DNA of 64,000 nucleotides from Hemiscyllium ocellatum (lineage: Eukaryota). Within the stretch, counting starts at the first letter, position 1, and each line of letters begins with the position of its first letter. The position numbers were made by a program, and so were the translations under genes. The notes beneath the pieces were generated by a model. That model was not told where the DNA came from, ran no database searches, and saw only the letters and a list, made by a program, of their open reading frames with translations. Location: contig NC_083435.1 in assembly GCF_020745735.1 (NCBI RefSeq), positions 13,485,201 through 13,549,200 of the forward strand, read 5' to 3'. Positions 45,921-57,900 of the stretch are shown here, in pieces.

Positions 45921-48900
45921 GTAAATTTGTCACTTTCACTGGAGATTGATCCACTCTTGAACCCTGTGCCTCTCCCACCCCAAAAGAAACATATAAATGG
46001 AAACTTGGAGGATGAGCAGCTGTGCACATTGTGCACAGGTTGTTGTGCACATCGGTACCAACGACATAGATAGAAAGAGGGTTGGGGTGCTACGGAGTGA
46101 GTACAGGGAGTTAGGAAAGAGGCGGAAAAGCAGGAACACAAGGGTAATTATCTCCAAGTGCTTCTGAGGCAAGGGACAGTAAGATAGTGATGAATATGTG
46201 GATAAGGAGCTGGTTCAAGGAGCAGGATTTCACGTTCTTGGATCATTGGGACCGCTTCTGAGGCAGAGGTGACCTGCACAAGAGGGACAGGTTGTACCTA
46301 CTAGAGGGGAGCCAATACCCTCGCAGGGAGGTTCGCTAGTGCTATGCGGGAGGGTTTAAACAGTGTGGCGGGGGTTGGGAACTACAGCAGATGTCAACAA
46401 ATGCAGGGATTGAGAAGATGGTACATGTTACGATCAGTACATCAGAAAGAAAGGAAAAGCAGAGTCAGGTCAATGAACACGATGGTACTAACGGGTTGAA
46501 ATGTGTTTATTTCAATGCAAGAGTATTATAGGTAGAGAAGATGAGCCTCCAACCTGGATTAGTACATGGGACTATGAGAGAGACTTGGTTGAGATAAAGG
46601 CAAGGGTTGGATGCTCAACGTTTCAGCGTTTGATGTTTTAGACAAGATAATGAGGAAGGTAAAAGAGTTGGAATATTTGCTTTACTAATTAGGGAGAATG
46701 TTGCATCTACGTTCAAAAAGGACATACTGGAGGGTTCATCGACTTAGGCAGTATGGGTAGAGGTCAAAAATAAGATGGGTATGATCACTCTGATAGGATT
46801 ATACTATAAGCCCCCGCCGTATCCCTGTCCCTCCAACCTCCCCAACCACCTCCCCCCCCCCACCCCCCCACCTCCGACCAACAGCACCAAGATATTGAGG
46901 AACAAATATGGAGGCAGATTTTGGAAAGATGCAATAAAAACAGATTTGTCAGCGTGGTTGAATATAACTTCCCCAATACTGACTTGGACTCTCTTCGAGT
47001 AAGAGGCTAGGACGGGGCAGTGCATCCAAGAGGGTTTCTTGAAACAGTATGTGGATAGTCCAACTTGGGGAAGCGGGGTGGAGAGACGTGGCGGAGGGAG
47101 CATACTGAACCTTGTACTGTTAATAATCCTGATCAGATGACCTACCTTTCAGTGGGGGAGAGTTTTGGAAACAGCATCTTCTTAAGTTTTATGGTAGCTA
47201 AGAATAATTCAGAACCATGTAGCAATATACTAACTTGAGAAAGAGCAAGTTACATCAGTATTTGGCAGGAACTAGGGAATGTTAATTGGGAGGAGCTGTT
47301 ATTAAACAAGCACACATTTGAAATGTGGGAATCAATTAAAGACCTGTTGCTAAGAGTTCAAGACTGGCATGTTTCAGTAAGGATGACATGGATGGCAAGG
47401 TGAGGGATTCTTGGATAAACGAGGGAGGTGGTGAATTTATTGAAAAGGGAAAAAAAAGCATAGGTCAGGTTCAAGAAGTTAAAAGCAGTCAGGGCTCATG
47501 TGGAAAACAGGGTATAAAGAAAGCAGGAAACAACTGAAGCAGGGGATTAGGAGAGCAAGAAGGGGCCATAAAATAACCTCAGCAAGTAGGATTAAACATA
47601 ATCCCAAGGTATTCCAAATATACATTAAAAACAAAAGGATAACTGTTGGGAGGAGGTAGGATCACTTAGGATAAAACAGGGCACTTACACTTAGAGGCAG
47701 AAGATGTCGGTGAGATCCTAAATGAGTGATTTGCACCCAGAAGAAGTATATGGAGGGGAGTGACATTTATGTGGAGCATGCTAATATGCTAGGGCATTTT
47801 GAGATCAAGAAAGAAGTAGTGTTAGTTCTATTGAAGCGCATCGAGATGGATAAGTCCACACGGCCCGATGGTATCCACCTCAAGTAAGTGAGAGACGCAA
47901 GAGAGGAAATTACTGGGACCTTGACCAAGATCTTTGCATCCTCACCAGTCACTGGAGAGGTCCAAAAGAACTGGTGAGTGGCCAATGTTGTTCCTCTATT
48001 AAAGAAGGGAAATAGAGAAATTGCAGGAAATTATAGACCAGTGAGCCTCACATCTGTGGTTGAGAAGCTGGTGGAGAGATTTCTTAGAGACAGGATTTGC
48101 ATACATTTGGAAAAGTATGGCTTAATTCGGGGTAGTCAGCATGGCTTTCTGCAGAGCAGGTCATGTTTTACTAACCTGATTTTAATTTATCAGGAACATG
48201 ACAAAAGTGATCGATGAGGGTAGAGCAGTGGATGTTGTCTACATGGATTTTAGTAAGACTTTCGACAAGGTTCCTGATGATAGGCTCATGTAGAAAATTA
48301 AGATGCACGGGATCTGCTGTGACTTGGTTACGTGGATTCAGAATTAGTTTGCCTATGGAAGGTATAGGTTAGTAGTGGAAGGTTGTTTTTTCAGGCTGAA
48401 GGTCTGTGACTCGTGGTGTTCTGCGGGTACCTACACTGGGACGTCTGTTGTTTGTGATATACATATGAGTTGGATGAAAATGTAGACGAGTGAGTTATTA
48501 ATTTTGCAAATAATACAAAGATCAGTTGGGTTGTGGATTATGTAGAATGTAGTCAAAGGACACAGTTGCAGATGTGGGCAGAGAAATAGCAGATGGAGGT
48601 TAATCCATCTAAGTATGAAGTGTTGTGCCTAGGGAGATCAAATGTGAAGGAAAGATATGCAATTAATGGCAGTACCCTGAACAGCGCTAATGTACAGAGG
48701 GATCTTGGGGTTCAAGTCCATAGCTCCCTGAAAGTAGAATGACAATGTTCTCGACCTTTAATAGCCTACCCCAACAACCTAGCAAACCACTTATTTGCCA
48801 AAAGGGAGGCACACTGCCACCTCTCCAAGGCAACTTTGGATAGCAGAGGGGTAATAAATGCTGGCATAGGTAATGATTCCCACATTCCAACTTGGCAATA

Positions 48901-51900
48901 AATGGTGGTGCTGGTGCAACAACTTGATATCTGTCATGTAGAATAACCAATGACCTGATGAAACCATAACAAAACAGGATACTTGATTTTATTTGGGCTG
49001 AATTAATTAACATGTTTGAAGTGCATGGTTACACATTTGTCAACTGGTATGTGACTACATAATAATGAAGATGGGACCATGAGCTCGAAATATCGTTTCC
49101 TTTCCCTTTTCATTTCGGGAAGCTGCTTCGTTAAAAAAATGACTTGCTACAGCCATCACACATTACATCATAATTGACTAATAGCTGGCTAGTTGTTCTA
49201 CATGATATGTAACTTAAGAGAGTTTCAATGCGGTCAGCAATCTCTGTGATCTACACAAAGTCGCATGGAGAGGATCTAAGCTGCAAAGTGCAAACTAGCA
49301 TTGTCTTATTCTAATTGATGATTAAATCGGGTAGAAGCTGGATGGTGCATAGTTATTGATATTTAATTTATGATTATTTATATATTAGATTAAGAGTAGC
49401 AGGATTTTTGAATTCATTTTGAATCCATACTGCGTTGCTAAGGTCAAATTAGTGGAAAGTAAGCAATTTATATGACAAGCGGTTTTTGTCCTAAAATAGA
49501 CTGTGAGTGAGAAAAATGAAGAGATACATAGCACAATGTACAATGCTTTCACCTCCCTCTGTTACTACAATCTACATCTGCCCCTCCTCCACTCTAATGC
49601 CTTGCACTCACCCAACCGACTCTTCATTGTGGCTTTGGCTGCTGATCTTATTTGTGCTTATTCTGTACAAGTTTATCTTAATTATAACAGACTAAAAATA
49701 ACTGCAGTGAATAGCACAGAACAGGATGATGAAAAGATACTTAGTTTTTTGTTTTATCTGCTCACGATCTAGATGCCCTGCTATTCATTTGCAGCTTTTA
49801 AAGTAAACATGAAACCAACATAGCCACTACTAAAAACACAAAAAGAAGTGGGAAGACATTAAGAAATAAATAGCTTTTCTTCCCCCTATTTGCAGCTCAT
49901 ATTGATTCTGAAGAAACACCATCTCCAAATCAGTGGAATACCAATCTGCTTATATTTTCAGTGGCGGTGCTGGTGCCGGTCGCTTTAATCATAATCAAAA
50001 AAGTTTCTACTCGGCACTGTAGCGGACCTCCTTGTAAGTACTGAACTCAACTACAAAACAACATACAATGAGCGACTACTTAGCGTTCACGCTCTTGAAC
50101 CTCTTCCGATCTATTATCATCTCAATTAATAAATCTAGTCATTTTAATATCTCTTTCTGTGTTTTTTTTAGATTACTTTTAATTATGTCTCTATTATTCG
50201 ATTCAATCACACTGTGGTAATAGGCTTCTTGCTCTTGTCATAGTTTACAGAAATAAGTTGCTTCTGATTTCCTCTTAAAATGCTTAATGATGAACTTATA
50301 TTGGTGACTTCTATCTAAGCTTTTGCCCATAAAAGGCAACATTTCCTTATATCGATTGTGAGAAAACTTTCATAATTTAAAAGAATCCGCTAAATTCATG
50401 CTTCCGTCTTCTTTTCTCAAGAGAAGATATTCAACCTTTGTCGATGCGTAGTATCATGCTTGCAAATCTTCTCTGTGCTGCCAGCATAACTGGCCAAATT
50501 ATTTGCTGATGAAAGCAAACTCTTGAAAAGGAAAGCGAAGGGGAGAGCCCTATAAAGGAATAGTGGAAGTAAGCAAACTAGGAAATTATAATACTTACAC
50601 TTGTATCAGAAAGACAAGAATACAAAATCAGTACAGCATCAGCGATACATTTGTCACGTTTGTACTATGCTTTTCAGTTAGTAAATTCATGCTCAAATTT
50701 TATAATAGTGAAAATGTATTTCAATGTTCAACTTCGAACTTCACATGAAGTTCCATTATTGTATTATAGTTTTAAATGTTTGGATTAGAGGTAATCTTAC
50801 CACCTTGCAAGATAATAAACAATGGCAAGTTAGATTCATAGAATTCATACAGTGCAGATAGAGGCCTTTTGATCTATCGAGTCTGCACCATCCTTCCCAA
50901 TAGTCTCCCACATAGGTCCATCTTCCCACCCTATCCCTGTCAGTCACCTTGCCTACACATCCCTGAACACAACGGGGCAATTTAGCATGGTTAGTCCACT
51001 TAACCTCTACATCATCAGACTGTCAGAGGAAACCCACGTGGACACGGGAAGACCGTGCAAACTCCACGCAGCCAAACATCCAAGGGTCAACTTAAACCCC
51101 CGGTCCCGATAATGAGAGGCAGCAGTGCTAACCACTGTGCCATCAATCCGCCCCAATAGGCTATATATCATTATTTGCAAAATAAAATGAATGAAAATAC
51201 TGAAACATTTGTTCTTAAAGGTTCCATGACACCAGGTGATGATATTACTGAATGAATAAGATGCCAGAACGAAACATGGATTGATAGATCATATATTTAT
51301 CTTTACACTTTAGTTAACATGGTGGCCAATGACTGAAATTAGTCACACGAAACTCTAAAGCTTATTTAACAATATAAGTTTCTTGCAAAGAAAACAATAA
51401 ATAAATGAAACCTAAGACATCCAAGCATATTTTTAAAAAATCCTTAAAAAGACAAACCACAACAAAACAACAATTTCATGAGTTTGTTGACACTGTCCGT
51501 TACAAAGAATCAAATCTGGAGTAGGAAGCTCAATACATCAAATATTTACATTTCGCTTAACTGATTCTCCCTAATTTCTTTTCTGTAAACTGCAAAGATC
51601 TTCTTTCAGAGGTATCCACAACACTGAAACCTTAGATTTTCTCAGCTTCCAATACCATGCAGACTCCTAACTGTGCTCTTTTGACTTGAAAGCTACACAA
51701 CAAAAAATTGACTGAGATAACAAATTCCCTGACTTGCTCTGAAAATTTCCTTTCTAAAAGGAGAATTTTATTTGTCCCTGAACTCAGTTAAGTGCCTCTG
51801 GTACTGCCCTAGAAACTATCAGACTCCGGGTTTCCTAAGCCAAAATCAATCCTTGATGATTATGGGTTAAAAACAATCTACTGGCCTTCATATTTATTCG

Positions 51901-54900
51901 TTTGCCATAAACTGTATAAACAACTTTCCATTGGCACACCACAGAATTCTACTTCTACTCACACTCTTGAGCAGTGCCACAGAGTCACAGATAAATATTG
52001 TACAGAAACAAATCCGTTTGTTCAACTCATCCATGCCGACCAGATATTCTAAATTAATTCGGTTCCATTTGCTAGCATTTGGCCCATATTCCTCTAAACC
52101 CTTCCTATTCATGGACACATCTTTTTGCCTTTTAAATCTTGCAATTTTACCATTCTTCATCACTTTCTCTGGCAGTTAATTCAACACACGCATTATTTTT
52201 TGTATGAACATGCTGCCCCTAAGGCTCCTTTAAAATCTTTCCCCTCTTACTTTAAACCCATGTCCTCTAGTTTTGAATTCATGATTTTATAAACCACTAT
52301 AAGGTCTCCCCTCAGCCTCTGACTCTCCAGTTAAAATAGCTCCAACCTATTGAGCTTCTCCCGTATCTCAAACCCTCCAATTCTGGCAAAATCTTTGTAA
52401 ATTTTTTCTGAATTCTTTCAAGTTTAACAAGATCTTTCCTAAAGCAGGGAGACCAGAACATTGTACTCCAAAAGTTGCCTAACCAATATGTTGTATAGCC
52501 GCAACATGACCTCCCAACCGCTATACTTAATGCACTGACCAATAAAGGTGAACACCTTCTTCGTTATCCTGTCGGCCTGCGACTCCACTTTCAAACAACT
52601 ACGTACCTGCCTTCCAATGTCTCTTTATTCAGCAGCACTCCCCAGGACCTTACAATTAAATGTATAAATTCTGCTCTGGTTTGCCCTCCCAAAATGCAGC
52701 ACCACATATTTATCTACATTAAGCTCTATCTACCACTTCTCAGCCTTTCTGATCGAGATTCCATTGAACTTTGAGGTAGCCTTCTTCGCTATCCACTACA
52801 CCTCCAATTTTGATGTCATCTGCACACTTACTAACCATACCTTCTATATTCACGCCAAATGATGAAAAGCGGTGGACCTAGCACTGGCACACAGTTGGTC
52901 ACAGACCTTCAGTCCGAAAAGCAACCTTCTCCCAATACCCTCTATATCCTACCTTACAGCCAATTTTGTATTCAAGTCGCTAATTCCCCAGGATTCCATG
53001 TGATCTAACCTTGTTAACCCATCCATCATGCCGAATCTTGTTGAATGCTTTACTAAAGTTCATATAGACAACGTCCACTGTCTTCCCTTCATTAACCTTC
53101 TCCGTCATTTCTTCAAAAAACTCAGTCAAGTTAGTGAGCCACGAATTCCCATGCACAAAGCCAATTTGACTATACTTAATCAGTCTTCGCCTTTCCAAAT
53201 GCACCTACATTCTGTCCCACAGAATACCCTCCGATAACTTGCCCACCATTCACGTCAGGCTCACTAGTCTATGGTTTCCTGATCATTCATCATCACTTTT
53301 CTTTAGTAATTTCACCATGTAAGCCAACTTCCAGTCTTCCAGTAGCTAGCAATGATACAAATGTCTCAGCAAGGGGCCTAGCAATCACTTCCCGAAGTTT
53401 CTACAAAGTTTTATGATGCATCTAATCCGGTCCTGGGGATTTATCGAACGTTGTACGTTTTAAGACGTCCAGCAACCCCTCTTCTGTATATGGTCACTTT
53501 TCAAGATATCACAGTACTAGGCGAAGTCGTTATTCTGAAAGAACCACTTAAATCTCTGTTCTTTTTCAAAAAGAAAAATACTTCACAAAAGTAACCAACC
53601 CTCATATGCCCACTTTTTTGACATGCAAACTCTAAAAGACACATTTTACTTTCAATTTATTCTCTGGTGGGGCACAGATGTTACTGGCTGGACCAACATT
53701 TTTTTCCTGTATCTAGCTGCCCTGAACCACCAAAGTCAAGATATAAAGAAATACAAAAGTTATTGATCTTTCCTCGCATAATGTCTTGACTGTAGTAATG
53801 CATTTATGTAAATGTTAATTTTGTTCCAGCTTTAAGTTACCTAATCGATTAAAAACTTTTCATAGATAATGGAACTGGAGAGCAAGTTGCAAATGAGGTA
53901 TGTACCATATTCCCATTAAGACTTTTGCTTTGCACTAAGATTGATTGCAATTTTAGGGCATTATCTTTGAGAAAGGCTTATAAGGAGAAAGTTTCACATT
54001 ATAAGACGTGGTTGCAGGGGGGTCAGGACTGGTAGTTAAACATCCAAGGATTTTCAAATTATCAAAAAGACAGGGAGGCGGGAAGAGGGGGCGGGGTTGC
54101 CTTGTTTGTTAAGAACAAAATTAAATCTATGGCACTGAATGACATAGCGTCGGATGATGTGGAGTCTGTGTGGGTGGAATTGAGGAGCCACAAAGGCAAA
54201 AAAAACCATAATGGGAATTAAGTACAGACCTCCTAACAGTGGTCAGGACCAGGGGCACAAGATGTACTGGGAAATAGAGAAGGCATGTCAGAAAGGCAAG
54301 GTCACGGTGATCATGGGAGACTTCAATATACAGGTGGACTGGGTAAATAATGTAGCCAGTGGATCCAAAGAAAGGGAATTCATGGAATGCTCACAGGATG
54401 GCTTTTTGGAACAGCTTGTCATGGAGCCCACAAGAGAGCAGGACCTATTCTGGACCTAGTGCTATGTAATGAACCAGACTTTATAAAAAATCTTAACGTA
54501 AGGGAACCCTTAGGAAGCAGCAATCATAATATGGTAGAGTTCAGTCTGCAGTTTGAAAGAGGGAAGGCAAAATCGGATGTAATAGTGTAACAGTTAAATA
54601 AAGATAATTATGAGGGTATGAGAGAGGAACTGACGAAAATAAACTGGAAGCAGAGCCTAGCGGGGAAGACAGTAGAGCAAAAATGGCAGGAGTTTGTGGG
54701 TATAATTGAGGACACTGTACAGAGCTACATCCCCAAGAAAAGAAAGATTATCCGGGGAGGGATTAGACAGCCATGGCTGACAAAGGAAGTCAGGAAAGGA
54801 ATTAGAGAAAAAGAGAAATCCTATAAAGTGGCCAAGAGCACTGGGAAATCAGAAGATTGGGAAGACTACAAAAACAAACAGGATAACAAGGAGAGAAATA

Positions 54901-57900
54901 AGGAAGGAGAGGATCAAATTTGAAGGTAGGCTAGCCAGTAATATTAGAAATGATAGTAAAAGTTTCTTTCAATACATAAGAAACAAACGACAGGCAAAAT
55001 TAGACATTGGGCCATTTCAAACTGATGCTGGAAGCCTAGTGATGGGAGATAAGGAAATAGCTGGAGAACTTAATAAGTACTTTGCGTCAGTCTTCACAGT
55101 GGAAGACATGAGTAATATCCCAACAATTAAAGGGAGTCAGGGGGCTGAGTTGACTATGGTTGCCATTACAAAAGAGAAAGTGCTAGAAAAGCTAAAAGGT
55201 CTTAAAATTGATAAATTTCCTGGCCCCGATGGGCTACATCCTAGACTTCTGAGGAAGGTGGCTGAGGGAAGAGCAGAGGTGTTGGTTGAGATCTTTTAAA
55301 AGTCACTGGAGTCAGGGAAAGTCCCGGATGATTGGAAGATCGCTGTTGTAACCCCCTTGTTCAAGAAAGGATCAAGGCAAAAGATGGAAAATTATAGGCC
55401 AATTAGCTTAACCTCGTTTTTTGGTAAACTTCTAGAATCCATCATTAAGGATGACGTTTCTAAATTCTTGGAAGAGCAGGGTCGGATTAGAACAAGTCAA
55501 CATGGATTTAGTAAGGCGAGGTCATGCCTAACAAACCTGTTGGAATTCTATGAAGAGGTGACAAGTAGGTTAGACCAGGGAAACCCAGTGGATGTGGTCT
55601 ATCTAGACCTCCAAAAGGCCTTTGATAAGCTGCCACACGGGAGGCTGCTGAGCAAGGTGAGGGCCCATGGTGTTCGAGGTGAGCTACTGGTATGGATTGA
55701 GGATTGGCTGTCTGACAGAAGGCAGAGAGTTGGGAAAAAAAGGTTCTTTTTTGGAATGTCAGCCAGTGATAAGCGGTGTCTCCCAGAGTTCAGTTTTGGG
55801 GCTGCAGCTGTTCACGTTATATATTAATGATCTGGATGAAGGGACTGGGAGCATTCTAGCGAAGTTTGCCGATGATACGAAGTTAGGTTGACAGGCAGGT
55901 AGTACTGAGGAAGTGGGGAGGCTGCAGAAGGATCTAGACAATTTGGGAGAGTGGTCCAGGAAATGGCTGATGGAATTCAATGTGAGCAAATGCGAGGTCT
56001 TTCACTTTGGGAAAAAGAATACAATCATAAGAATACAAATATTACTTTCTAAACGGTGAGAAAATTCATAAAGCCAAAGTACAAAGGAATGTGGGAGCGT
56101 TAGTCGAGGATTCTCTAAATGTAAACATGCAGCTTGAGTCCGTGATAAAGAAAGCAAATGCAATGTTGTCGTTTATCTCAAGAGGGTTGGAATATAAAAG
56201 GACCGTTGTGCAACTGAGACTTTATAAAGCTCTGGTTAGGCCCCATTTGGAGTACTGTGTCCAATTTTGGTCCCCACACCTCAGGAAGGACATACTGGCA
56301 CTGGAGCGTGTCCAGCGGAGATTCACACAGATGATCCCTGGAATGGTAGATCTAACATACGAGGAGCAGCTGCGGATCCTGGAATTGTATTCATTGGAGT
56401 TTATAGATTAAGGGGAGATCTAATAGAAACTTGCAAGATGATACATGGCTTGGAAAGGGTGGACGCTATAAAATTGTTTCCGGTAGGTGAGGATACTAGG
56501 ACCCGTGGACACAGCCTTAGAATTAGAGGGGGTCAATTCAGAACAGAAATACGGAGACATTTCTTCAGCCAGAGAGTGGTGGGCCTGTGGAATTCATTGC
56601 AGCCGAGTGCAGTGGAGGCCGGAACGCTAAATATCTTCAAGGCAGAGATTGACAAAGTCTTGATGTCACAGGGAATTAAGGGCTACGGGGAGAATGCGGG
56701 TAAGTGGAGTTGAAATGCCCATCAGCCATGATTGAGTGGACTCGAAGGGCCGAATAGCCTTACTTCCACTCCTATGTCTTATGGTCTTATGGTCTTATAA
56801 GAGACCATCAAGCTACAAAAGATGAGGATGGCAAGAAATAATAAGAAATAATTATAAGAAATACTGATTGTTTGACACCAAACTTTGAATATGATCAGGA
56901 ACGAAGTATTGAGCAAGGTCCGGCAGTTTGATGTGCCGTTTATTGTATTGGCCAAACGGTGACTCAATGAATCGGCAGCTTATATCCAAATATTTATACT
57001 GATGTAAGGTTTGTTTTTGGTTCGGGGTGGGGTGAGGGAGTGCGGGAAGCGCAGCACAGATGAAGACGAAAATACACGTTTGCATTGGAGCCAGACTACA
57101 AGTGATATTTTATCCTGGAATGTTTAATATAACTGAAGCCTACAGACTGAAAAATCTGGTATGTATGGAGTTTGCACAATCTTCCCGTGTCTGCGTCGGT
57201 TTCCAGTCCAAACGTGTGTACGTTAGGTGTATTGGCCGTGCTAAGTTTCCCATAGTGTCCAGAAATGTGCTGGCTATTTGGATTAGACATTTGAAATGGA
57301 GGGTTATAGGGATATGCTCGCGGGTTGAGTCTGGTTGGGATGCTGTTCGGATGGTCGGTGCGGGCTCTATGAGCCGAATGCCCTGCTTCCACACTGTAGG
57401 AATCTAATATTCTATGATTCGATTGTTCTTATTCTCGAGGGGGATAATAATTTTCTTGTGAAGCACAAATCCATTTTGACGTATTATTAACAGGCGAAGA
57501 TAACAACTGACTCTGGTGGTTCCATGGTTCAAGCCATGAAAGCGGAATCACTTTTATACGTTCTGTTTTCAAATCGTTAGAGACTGCCCAATATCTATGC
57601 TCTCAATATTTTTTCTTACCATAGAAGAAAATATTTTTCCTCTTTGCTTTCAGCTAGTGGTCAGTTTTCGTTTCTTATAGATTTTTCTTACATGAAAGAC
57701 ATCGCCGCTGTTTCTTTTTAAATTGTACGTTACGTCACCTAAATTCGATTGCATCACTCCTGAAAGTTGCCACGCAAATAGATAGGGTGGTAAAGAAGGC
57801 GTATGCCATGCTTGCCTTTATTGGTAGGGGAACTGAATGCAAGATTTAGGATGTCATGCTTCAGCTATATAAGACTTTATTTAGACCATACTTAGAGTAT

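Noticed and set aside
49507-49695. ORF with a TM-like end ([24 protein letters not shown]) as an alternative TM exon of gene B
   Set aside because: No usable in-frame AG acceptor: the stretch is AG-free and pyrimidine-rich like an intron, and the nearest acceptors give stops in phase 1
56979-57003. 25-nt exon candidate with an LYPNIYTD tyrosine motif
   Set aside because: Needs a phase-2 entry; the upstream micro-exon ends in phase 0 and no bridging exon was found
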